A DNA stretch of 32,391 nt. Source: a virus. Shown here in pieces: positions 13,442-20,604 of the stretch. The DNA is taken from the IMG/VR virus record IMGVR_UViG_3300045988_068295, one strand, 5' to 3'. How positions within the stretch are numbered: the stretch's first letter is position 1; the number at the start of each line of letters is the position of its first letter. Position numbers and translations under genes: made by a program. Below the pieces are notes generated by a model. It was given only the letters and a program-made list of their open reading frames with translations. It searched no databases and was not told the DNA's origin.

Positions 13442-15681
13442 CGCACATGGAACATGAAAACGATCTCAAAGAAGCGCTGGAATTTCTCAGCCCGTCCGCC
13501 CTGACCTATGACGAGTGGGTCGCGGTGGGCATGGCCCTCAAGGACGGCGGCCTGCCGGTGACCGTCTGGGAGCAGTGGAGCACGCGAGACGCCGGCCGCT
13601 ACCACAAGGGCGAGTGCGTCAAAAAATGGGAGAGCTTCCACGGCGGCGGGGGCAGCCCCGTCACGGTGAGCAGCATCTTCCAGATGGCCTACTCCCACGG
13701 GTGGAGCGGCCCGGCGGGCCATGCGCTGGACTGGAACGACGACATCGCCGCAGGGCCGGGCGCACAGCCGGAGGGCCGCGTGGTGGACCCGCGCTGGGTG
13801 GAAGCCCACGAGCTGGCCCTGCCGGAACAGTGGGACCCCGCCGACCAGCTGAAGCGCTACCTGCGAGCCCTGTTCGAGGCGGACGAGTATGTGGCTTATG
13901 TTACCGAGAGCTTCATGGCGGACGACCGCCGCCGCCCCACAAGGGGCTGCTGGGACCGCACCGCCGGGCAGCTCCTTGCCGAGCTGGACCAATGCGGCGG
14001 GGACCTGGGCAAGGTGGTGGGCGACTGCGACCCGGAGGTAGGTGCGTGGATCTGCTTCAACCCCGTGGACGGCACCGGCCGCAAGGACGCCAACATCACC
14101 GCTTATCGCTACGCCCTTGTGGAGTGCGACAACATGGAGCTGGGCAAGCAGCAGGCCATCATCCGGCAGCTGGAACTGCCCTGCGCGGCCCTCGTCTACT
14201 CCGGCGGCAAGAGCGTCCATGCCATCGTCAAGGTGGATGCCCCGGACTATACCGAGTACCGCAAGCGGGTGGATTACCTCTACGCCGCCTGTCAGAAGAA
14301 CGGCCTGACCATCGACCAGCAGAACCGCAATCCTTCCCGCCTTTCCCGGATGCCGGGCATCCCGCGCGGAGACAAAAAGCAGGTGCTGCTGGAAACGAAC
14401 ATCGGCAAAAGCTGCTGGGACGAATGGCGGGACTGGCTGGAAGCCGAGACCGACGAGCTGCCGGACACCGAGAACCTTGCTGCCGACTGGGCCAGCCTGC
14501 CGCCGCTGGCCGACCCGCTCATCTTCGGGGTGCTGCGCAAGGGCCACAAGATGCTGCTGGCAGGCCCCAGCAAGGCCGGCAAGAGCTTTGCCCTCATCGA
14601 GCTGTGCATCTCCATTGCCGAGGGCAAGCCGTGGCTGGGGCAGTTCAACTGTGCACAGGGCAAGGTGCTGTACATCAATCTGGAACTGGACCGGGCGTCC
14701 TGCCTGCACCGCTTCAAGGATGTGTATGCGGCCCTCGGCCTTGCGCCGGAGAACCTTGCAAACATCGACATCTGGAACCTGCGCGGTGCGTCCGTGCCCA
14801 TGGACAAGCTGGCCCCCAAGCTCATCCGCCGGGCAAAGAAAAAGGGCTATACCGCCGTCATCCTCGACCCCATTTATAAGGTCATCACCGGCGACGAGAA
14901 CTCGGCCGACCAGATGGCAAAGTTCTGCAACCAGTTCGACCTAGTCTGCCGGGAGCTGGACTGCGCCGTCATCTACTGCCACCACCACAGCAAGGGTGCC
15001 CAGGGCGGCAAGCGCAGCATGGACCGTGCGTCCGGCTCCGGCGTGTTCGCCCGTGACCCGGACGCCATGCTGGACATGACCGAGCTGGTGCCTACCGATG
15101 CCATCCGCCAACAGCTGCACAATAAGGCCGCCTGCCGGGTCATCAAGGCCATGCTGGACAAGCGCGGCCATGCGGACGCCTACGGCCCGGACGATACCCT
15201 CAGCAGGAGCCGGATGCTGGCCGTGGCCAAGGAGTGCCTGGGCCTGGCCGACCTGCGGGCCATTGACGCCGAAGTCGCCGCCGCCCAGAAGCAGGCCGAC
15301 GGCATGACTGCCTGGCGCATCGAGGGCACGCTCCGCGAGTTCGCCCGCTTTGACCCGGTGAACCTCTGGTTTGACTACCCGGTGCACAAGCCGGACAGCG
15401 GTCTGCTGGAGGATCTGCAGCCGGACAGCGACTTCCGCACCCTGGGCAACCGCGGTGCCGCCAAGCGCTGGGGCGACAAAGGCAAAGTGACCAAGGACAA
15501 AAAAGCCGAACTGGACACCGCCTTTGAAGCCTGCACCATGGACGGCGAGGTGACCGTCTATGCTCTGGCCGAATACATGGACCTAAAGCCCCGCACCGTC
15601 AAGACCCGCCTGAAGGATGACGGGCGGTTCTGGATCGACGGTGAGAAAGTTGGACGCAAGGAACCCGGCAGCAACGGTTAA
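13435..15681 (+). CDS. Bifunctional primase-polymerase / replicative helicase (PriCT-2-like N-terminus, AEP-like core, AAA_25 RecA-type ATPase, C-terminal wHTH)
   Basis: YDEWVAVGMALK...WEQWS (PriCT-2-like). ALVECDN and YSGGKSVHAIV (AEP motifs). Walker A GPSKAGKS and Walker B AVILDP. The start could be 13435 or 13447. Confidence 0.8.
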   Translation: MVTHMEHENDLKEALEFLSPSALTYDEWVAVGMALKDGGLPVTVWEQWSTRDAGRYHKGECVKKWESFHGGGGSPVTVSSIFQMAYSHGWSGPAGHALDWNDDIAAGPGAQPEGRVVDPRWVEAHELALPEQWDPADQLKRYLRALFEADEYVAYVTESFMADDRRRPTRGCWDRTAGQLLAELDQCGGDLGKVVGDCDPEVGAWICFNPVDGTGRKDANITAYRYALVECDNMELGKQQAIIRQLELPCAALVYSGGKSVHAIVKVDAPDYTEYRKRVDYLYAACQKNGLTIDQQNRNPSRLSRMPGIPRGDKKQVLLETNIGKSCWDEWRDWLEAETDELPDTENLAADWASLPPLADPLIFGVLRKGHKMLLAGPSKAGKSFALIELCISIAEGKPWLGQFNCAQGKVLYINLELDRASCLHRFKDVYAALGLAPENLANIDIWNLRGASVPMDKLAPKLIRRAKKKGYTAVILDPIYKVITGDENSADQMAKFCNQFDLVCRELDCAVIYCHHHSKGAQGGKRSMDRASGSGVFARDPDAMLDMTELVPTDAIRQQLHNKAACRVIKAMLDKRGHADAYGPDDTLSRSRMLAVAKECLGLADLRAIDAEVAAAQKQADGMTAWRIEGTLREFARFDPVNLWFDYPVHKPDSGLLEDLQPDSDFRTLGNRGAAKRWGDKGKVTKDKKAELDTAFEACTMDGEVTVYALAEYMDLKPRTVKTRLKDDGRFWIDGEKVGRKEPGSNG

Positions 15682-15845
15682 ACGATTTGTAATTTTTGCA
15701 ATTACAGTTTGTTGTAAAAATGCAGTTATAGCCGCTATTTTGCACGACACGAAAAACTGCAATTTTGCAGTTATAGCCGCTATGACTGCAGATTTTGCAG
15801 TGCAACATAGCCTATATATAATAGCTAAAACTGCAACTGCAATTG
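15682..15845. repeat. AT-rich non-coding iteron/palindrome cluster (candidate origin of replication)
   Basis: An 18-bp perfect direct repeat TGCAGTTATAGCCGCTAT (15721..15738 and 15766..15783). TTTTGCA occurs four times (15694, 15738, 15763, 15793). ACTGCA occurs at least four times. Inverted repeat TGTAATT/AATTACA (15688..15706). The 18-bp palindrome AACTGCAATTTTGCAGTT (15755..15772). Confidence 0.6.
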
Positions 15846-15910
15846 TGATGGGGTTTCCCGAAGGATGGGGCGACCACAGCCCCCATCCATTCGGAGACCC
15901 TCCCCATCAC
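15845..15910 (+). other. Compound three-segment hairpin (9 + 5 + 8 bp) upstream of rusA
   Basis: GTGATGGGG (15845..15853) pairs with CCCCATCAC (15902..15910). CCGAA pairs with TTCGG. GGATGGGG (15863..15870) pairs with CCCCATCC (15881..15888). No U-tract follows. Confidence 0.6.
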
Positions 15911-15948
15911 GTTGGCGAACTGAAAAAAAGAAAAACGAGGTGAACCCC

Positions 15949-16362
15949 ATGTACACGCAATTCTTTATCCCCATGCAGCCGCCCACCACCACCCACAACG
16001 CAAAGCAGCTGCACGCTTACATGAAGGGCGGCAAGCCCTGCGCCGTGCTGCACGACAGCCCGGAACTCAAAGCCACCCGTGCCAAGCTCCATGCCCATCT
16101 GGCACCCCACGCCCCGGCAAAGCCCATCCCTGCCGGCAGACCGGTGCGCCTGCTGGTCAAGTGGTGCTTCCCCTCCGAGGGGCGCAGGAACGGTGCGTGG
16201 CGCACCAGCAAGCCGGACACTGACAACCTGGAAAAGGCCCTCAAGGATGAGATGACCCGCCTGCACTTCTGGGACGACGATGCCCAGGTGTGCAGCGAGA
16301 TTGTGGAGAAGTTCTGGTCGGACCCCTGCGGGGTGTTCGTCCGGGTGGAGGAGCTGGCATGA
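15949..16362 (+). CDS. rusA: RusA-family Holliday junction resolvase
   Basis: KPDTDNLEKALKDEMTRLHFWDDDAQV matches the RusA catalytic-Asp region. GAGGTG RBS lies 6 nt upstream of the ATG at 15949. Confidence 0.85.
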   Translation: MYTQFFIPMQPPTTTHNAKQLHAYMKGGKPCAVLHDSPELKATRAKLHAHLAPHAPAKPIPAGRPVRLLVKWCFPSEGRRNGAWRTSKPDTDNLEKALKDEMTRLHFWDDDAQVCSEIVEKFWSDPCGVFVRVEELA

Positions 16363-16766
16363 CCTACGAAGAGAAAAGACGCTGGCTCAGTCGGTACGGG
16401 GACGCTATGGTAAAGGCCAAGCACCTGCGAGATGATTTAGATGAAGCAGAACGTGACACCGGTTGTACCACGCAGCAACTGACCGGAATGCCGGGCGGCA
16501 GCGGTGATGGGCAGAGTCTGGCACGAACAGTAGAACGTATTGAACGAGCCGAGAAAGCCTTGAATGCACAGATCATGCTGTGTGATGATCTCCACGCCGA
16601 ACTTATGGCCCGACTGGAGGATGTGGACGACCCGAAGGACTACGAGGTCCTGCGGCTGAAGTATCTCCGCTTTCAGGACTGGGAGCAGATTGCACAGAAG
16701 ATGAGCATCTGTGTACGGCAGGTTTACCGTCATCACCGTAAAGGTGTGGATGCTTTGGAACTGTGA
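16359..16766 (+). CDS. Sigma-70 region-4-like HTH protein (RinA/ArpU/DUF1492-type late transcription regulator candidate)
   Basis: The C-terminus YEVLRLKYLRFQDWEQIAQKMSICVRQVYRHHRKGVDALE resembles sigma region 4. The N-terminus has a TGMPGGSGDG loop typical of these phage regulators. An ATGA overlap couples it to rusA. Confidence 0.6.
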   Translation: MTYEEKRRWLSRYGDAMVKAKHLRDDLDEAERDTGCTTQQLTGMPGGSGDGQSLARTVERIERAEKALNAQIMLCDDLHAELMARLEDVDDPKDYEVLRLKYLRFQDWEQIAQKMSICVRQVYRHHRKGVDALEL

Positions 16767-16769
16767 CAG

Positions 16770-16802
16770 ATGTCAGTAAAACGTCAGTACGACGTCAGTG
16801 AC
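16770..16802 (+). repeat. Three contiguous 11-bp tandem repeats: ATGTCAGTAAA, ACGTCAGTACG, ACGTCAGTGAC
   Basis: Read directly. The 11-bp period is about one helical turn. Flanked by the palindromes TGACAgaTGTCA and GACATGTC, with a TAAAAT -10-like hexamer at 16821..16826. Confidence 0.8.
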
Positions 16803-16840
16803 ATGTCTTTGATTTCATGATAAAATAGTATCATCGCAAG

Positions 16841-16885
16841 AGCCCGCAGGAAAGGTTTACTCCCTTCAATCCTGCGGGCTTTGTG
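16841..16885 (+). terminator. Hairpin / possible terminator
   Basis: An 11-bp stem, AGCCCGCAGGA / TCCTGCGGGCT, with an 18-nt loop, followed by TTTGTG (weak U-tract). Confidence 0.45.
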
Positions 16886-16966
16886 CTGCCCGGCTGCGAC
16901 AGGGGAACACACATTTACTCACCCAACAGCCTGAATGTACCAGCCGGGCCTTTTTTGATATTTTCC

Positions 16967-16990
16967 GCCGTCCGCAGGGGCGGCTTTTTT
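16967..16990 (+). terminator. Rho-independent terminator
   Basis: GCCGTCC-GCAG-GGGGCGGC (7-bp stem, tetraloop) followed by TTTTTT. Confidence 0.65.
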
Positions 16991-17054
16991 CATACCCCCG
17001 GGGCCTGCAAAGACCCCCGGGGTCATTTTGTACCCCGGCCTTTCAAAACACCCC

Positions 17055-17099
17055 CTGCCTGCAAAAGGCCTCCTCCCCCTTGAGGAGACCGGCAGGCAG
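17055..17099 (+). other. Long imperfect hairpin just upstream of the HNH gene RBS
   Basis: CTGCCTGC (17055..17062) pairs with GCAGGCAG (17092..17099). It encloses GGCCTCCTC / GAGGAGACC, which has one mismatch. Confidence 0.6.
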
Positions 17100-17119
17100 C
17101 ACACCCCAAGGAGCTGCCC

Positions 17120-17470
17120 ATGGCAAAGACTGTTGCACGCCCGGATCGGGACGGCACCCACCGGCTGGCGTTTGAACGCAACAAGAAAAAGATCTACGCC
17201 ACCCAGACCGTGTGCGGCATCTGCGGCAAGCCTGTGGATTTCAGCTACAAGTTTCCGCATCCGCTTTCGCCGTGCATCGACCACATCATTCCGGTGGCCA
17301 AGGGCGGCCACCCCAGCGACCTCGCCAACCTGCAGCTGGCGCATTTCTGGTGCAACCGGCAGAAGAGCGACAAGCTGTTTACGCCTGTGGAGCAGCAGAC
17401 GGAGCCGGATGCAGATGCCTCCATGGCCCTGCCGCTGAGCACCGACTGGACGGCGTACCGCAGCCGCTGA
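17120..17470 (+). CDS. HNH endonuclease (packaging-associated)
   Basis: CGICGKP ... CIDHIIPVAKGGHPSDLANLQLAHFWCNRQKSDK (Cys pairs plus H-N-H). AAGGAG RBS. Confidence 0.9.
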   Translation: MAKTVARPDRDGTHRLAFERNKKKIYATQTVCGICGKPVDFSYKFPHPLSPCIDHIIPVAKGGHPSDLANLQLAHFWCNRQKSDKLFTPVEQQTEPDADASMALPLSTDWTAYRSR

Positions 17471-17593
17471 GACGGCCCGCAGCGCCGCCGGGACACGCAC
17501 GCAGGGACGGGGGGCATCCCCCTCCCAGGGGGCCCTCTGACCTTCCCAGACCGTACTGTGAATATTTTCTCGTGAAAGGAGAATCCACCGCCC

Positions 17594-18823
17594 ATGACCG
17601 ACCTGAAAGGCATGGCCTATCTGCGCCGCCGCCTGAACCAGAAGCGCAGCCGAGTGCTGACCCGCTACAAGTATTACGAGATGAAGAACGCCGTAAAGGA
17701 CTTTGGCAAGGTCACCCCGGATGAGTTCCGCTTTTTCAGCGAGACGCTGGGCTGGTGCGGGAAAGCTGTGGACGCTCTGGCCGACCGGCTGGTCTGGCGG
17801 GAGTTCCGGGATGATAACTTTGACCTGAACTCCATCTACCAGATGAACAACGCAGACACCCTGTTTGACAGTGCCGTGCTGTCGGCCCTCATTTCCAGCT
17901 GCTGCTTTCTGTACATCAGCCCGGACGGCAGCGGCTACCCCCGGCTGCAGGTCATCGACGGCGGCAACGCCACCGGCATCCTGGACGAGGTGACCGGCCT
18001 GCTCACGGAAGGATATGCCGTGCTGTCCCGTGATCCGGAGACGGACAAGCCCCTGCTGGAGGCCTACTTCACGGCAGACAGCACCTGGTATTACCCCAAC
18101 GGCCAAAAGCCGTATCAGGTGCCAAACCTCGCACCGGCCCCGCTGCTGGTGCCCGTCGTATACCGCCCGGATGCCAAGCGGCCCTTTGGCCACAGCCGCA
18201 TCTCCCGTGCCTGCATGGGCCTGCAGCAGGGTGCCCTGCGCACCCTCAAGCGCAGCGAGATCAGCGCCGAGTTCTATTCCTTCCCGCAGAAATATGTGCT
18301 GGGCACCTCCAACGACGCCGAGCAGATGGACAAGTGGAAGGCCACCATCTCCAGTTTTCTGGAATTCACCAAGGACGAGGACGGCGACAAGCCGGTGGTG
18401 GGCCAGTTCACCCAGCAGAGCATGAGCCCCTACACCGAGCAGCTGCGCACATTTGCCGCCCTGTTTGCAGGCGAGACCGGCCTGACGCTGGATGATCTGG
18501 GCTTCGTCACCGACAACCCCTCCAGCGCCGAGGCCATCAAGTCCAGCCACGAGAGCCTGCGCCTGGCGGCCCGCAAGGCACAGCGCACCTTTGGCAGCGG
18601 CTTCCTGAACGCCGGGTATCTGGCCGCCTGCATGCGGGACGGCATCGCCTACCAGCGTCAGCAGCTCTACCTCACCCGCCCGGTGTGGGAGCCGGTGTTC
18701 GAGCCGGACGCCGCCACCCTGTCCGGCATCGGGGACGCCGTGGGCAAGATCAACACGGCCATCCCCGGTTATTTCGGTGCGGAGAACCTGCGGGACCTGA
18801 CCGGCATCCGCTCCGAGAGCTGA
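17594..18823 (+). CDS. Portal protein (SPP1 gp6-like)
   Basis: Size, position upstream of the MuF gene, and an N-terminal pattern (YLRRRLNQKRSRVLTRYKYYE..., CGKAVDALADRL) typical of gp6-like portals. Confidence 0.75.
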   Translation: MTDLKGMAYLRRRLNQKRSRVLTRYKYYEMKNAVKDFGKVTPDEFRFFSETLGWCGKAVDALADRLVWREFRDDNFDLNSIYQMNNADTLFDSAVLSALISSCCFLYISPDGSGYPRLQVIDGGNATGILDEVTGLLTEGYAVLSRDPETDKPLLEAYFTADSTWYYPNGQKPYQVPNLAPAPLLVPVVYRPDAKRPFGHSRISRACMGLQQGALRTLKRSEISAEFYSFPQKYVLGTSNDAEQMDKWKATISSFLEFTKDEDGDKPVVGQFTQQSMSPYTEQLRTFAALFAGETGLTLDDLGFVTDNPSSAEAIKSSHESLRLAARKAQRTFGSGFLNAGYLAACMRDGIAYQRQQLYLTRPVWEPVFEPDAATLSGIGDAVGKINTAIPGYFGAENLRDLTGIRSES

Positions 18824-18833
18824 GGAGGCACCC

Positions 18834-20168
18834 ATGGCCGACAAGGACATTGCCCCGGAGCTGCTGGAGCGCATCCGGGCCGACTTCCGGGCGCTGCTGG
18901 GCGACGCAAAGCCCGCCGCCGACACCTACGCTGCCGCTGCGGATTACGCCGAGCTTGTGGGCAGTGCCCTGGCCGAGGCCTTCCGCCGCAACCTGACCGC
19001 CGACGCCCTGCCGGACGGCAGGCTGTACTGGAACATTGCCGACCGGGTGGTGCGCCCCCTGCTGGAAGAGGAGCACCTGCTGGTGGCGGACGCTTCCGCT
19101 GCCGTGCAGCAGGCACTGAACCAGCAGGCAAATCTCGGCATTGCCCCGCAGCGGGCCGTGCTGCCCACCGACGCTGTGGACGACCTGCTGAACAAGGTGT
19201 CCACGGCGGAGCAGTTTGCGGATGTGGCGTGGGCACTGGACGAGCCGGTGCGTACCTTCTCCCGCATGGTGGTGGACGACACCCTGAAACGCAACGTGGA
19301 TTTTCAGGGCAAGGCCGGGCTGCGGCCCCGTGTCATCCGCACCGCCGAGAGCCACTGCTGCAAATGGTGCAGTGCGCTGGCCGGCACTTACGATTACCCC
19401 CGTGTGCCCAAAGACGTTTACCGCCGCCACGAGCGCTGCCGCTGCCGGGTGGAATATGACCCCGGCGAGGGCAGGCGGCAGAACGTGTGGAACAAGACGT
19501 GGACGGAGGATGAGGACGCCCGGCAGGCACGCATTCAAAAGATTCAAAACCCATCGACAAACCGAGACGATTCTGCTAAGATAGAAGCACGAAAACAGAT
19601 TGGGCTGCCGCCGGTCGATTCACCTGAGATCAAGGCCATCAAGGCCGCAATGTCCGAGCAGGTGCTTAGTCTGCCGGAAACCGCACAGGAGGCTCTCCGG
19701 CAGTATACCGGCTTTACGGCGACCCGTGTGAACTTTGCCATCCGGAACGGAAAAATCACACCGCAGATCCAGGAGACCATTTCCGCATTGGATAACGCGC
19801 TGGCTTCCGGCGTGATGCCGCAGAGCGTCACCCTGTACCGGAACACAGCGCTTTCTTTTCTAGGGTTCGGGCTTCCCAAAAATCCGACCCTGCAGGATCT
19901 GCAAGACCTTGTGGATCTCACACCGGAATTTCCGATATTTATATCAACCAGTTTTCAGGATCTGCATCTTCCGGGCCGTGACACGCTGATTCAGCTGCAT
20001 GTTCCGGCAGGATATAAGGGCTGCCAGTTCCTTCAGCCTGTAGCGCTTCCCAAATTCAAAAGTCAGGACGAAGTCCTGTTTGCCCGTGGGATGCAGTATC
20101 GTGTGCTGGATGTTGGTAGAAAAGACGACCGATATTTTTTAGAGATCGAGGTGCTCCAAAATGTCTAA
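18834..20168 (+). CDS. Minor head protein (MuF / SPP1 gp7 domain) fused to a C-terminal ADP-ribosyltransferase toxin domain (C3/VIP2-like, R-STS-QxE)
   Basis: MuF signature CCKWCSALAGTYDYPRVPKDVYRRHERCRCRVEYDP. ADPRT motifs LYR (R336, 19839..19841), FISTSF (19944..19952) and SQDEVLFARG (Q411-x-E413, 20064..20072). Confidence 0.85.
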   Translation: MADKDIAPELLERIRADFRALLGDAKPAADTYAAAADYAELVGSALAEAFRRNLTADALPDGRLYWNIADRVVRPLLEEEHLLVADASAAVQQALNQQANLGIAPQRAVLPTDAVDDLLNKVSTAEQFADVAWALDEPVRTFSRMVVDDTLKRNVDFQGKAGLRPRVIRTAESHCCKWCSALAGTYDYPRVPKDVYRRHERCRCRVEYDPGEGRRQNVWNKTWTEDEDARQARIQKIQNPSTNRDDSAKIEARKQIGLPPVDSPEIKAIKAAMSEQVLSLPETAQEALRQYTGFTATRVNFAIRNGKITPQIQETISALDNALASGVMPQSVTLYRNTALSFLGFGLPKNPTLQDLQDLVDLTPEFPIFISTSFQDLHLPGRDTLIQLHVPAGYKGCQFLQPVALPKFKSQDEVLFARGMQYRVLDVGRKDDRYFLEIEVLQNV

Positions 20169-20424
20169 ATTTTTGCGTGAAGAGGATATCAGCATGGGGT
20201 TCCGTGCTCCACTTTACAGCGTGCCGGTCTGTATCCCGGAATGCAATGTCTGTATTCACCGGGATGGACCGGGCAAATGCAAAAAGTTAGGAACTCCCTC
20301 CGATGATCTTCGTTTCGGAAAGCGCCACGATTGCCCGGACGCCGTCCTGAATACCAGCCATTTTTTATATCCCGAATACCAAAAATTGTACCCGGAAGAG
20401 TGCAAGGTCTCTGCCAAAAAGTAA
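20161..20424 (+). CDS. 87-aa Cys-rich protein, translationally coupled to the MuF-ADPRT gene (candidate immunity/antidote)
   Basis: GAGGTG lies 7 nt upstream of the ATG at 20161, which overlaps the upstream stop (ATGTCTAA). Cys pattern C-x3-C-x2-C-x8-C plus two more Cys. GC is lower than the surroundings. Confidence 0.55.
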   Translation: MSKFLREEDISMGFRAPLYSVPVCIPECNVCIHRDGPGKCKKLGTPSDDLRFGKRHDCPDAVLNTSHFLYPEYQKLYPEECKVSAKK

Positions 20425-20494
20425 ACTTTCATCCACGGAATATCCTAGTTTAACCACTGTATGCCCTCAAAAAGGCACAACATGGTTTTTTCAT

Positions 20495-20571
20495 GCCGTT
20501 TTAGCTCATGTTGGCAGGGCCGTGGTCTCCAAAACCACAGGTCACTGGTTCGATTCCAGTAAACGGTGCCA
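20495..20571 (+). tRNA. trnW: tRNA-Trp (anticodon CCA)
   Basis: The full cloverleaf was folded by hand. Acceptor GCCGTTT/AAACGGT (G1-U72), D-stem GCTC/GGGC, anticodon stem GTGGT/ACCAC with loop CT-CCA-AA, T-arm ACTGG-TTCGATT-CCAGT, discriminator G, encoded CCA. Confidence 0.9.
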
Positions 20572-20604
20572 TCATTTTCATGCAAAGGAGGAACCCAGCC
20601 CACC

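Noticed and set aside
15682-15845. Repeat cluster as a CRISPR array.
   Set aside because: The repeats are 6-18 bp, irregularly spaced and overlapping. There is no repeat-spacer periodicity and no cas genes.
15865-15948. N-terminal extension of RusA (track ORF start at 15865).
   Set aside because: The extension lies within the compound hairpin and lacks an RBS. The ATG at 15949 has GAGGTG at proper spacing, and RusA homology starts there.
16359-16766. Calling this HTH protein the small terminase subunit.
   Set aside because: The HTH is C-terminal and resembles sigma region 4, like RinA/ArpU/DUF1492 regulators, whereas TerS proteins usually have an N-terminal DNA-binding domain plus an oligomerisation core. 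This is kept only as an open possibility in the findings.
20495-20571. Possibility that the phage tRNA is a suppressor signalling stop-codon recoding.
   Set aside because: The anticodon is the standard CCA (Trp). All recognised genes are intact under the standard code, with no in-frame TAG, TGA or TAA interruptions.
20566-20604. Upstream terL start at 20566.
   Set aside because: It would overlap the last 6 nt of the tRNA gene and lacks an RBS. The ATG at 20605 follows AAAGGAGG, although the spacer is rather long at 13 nt.
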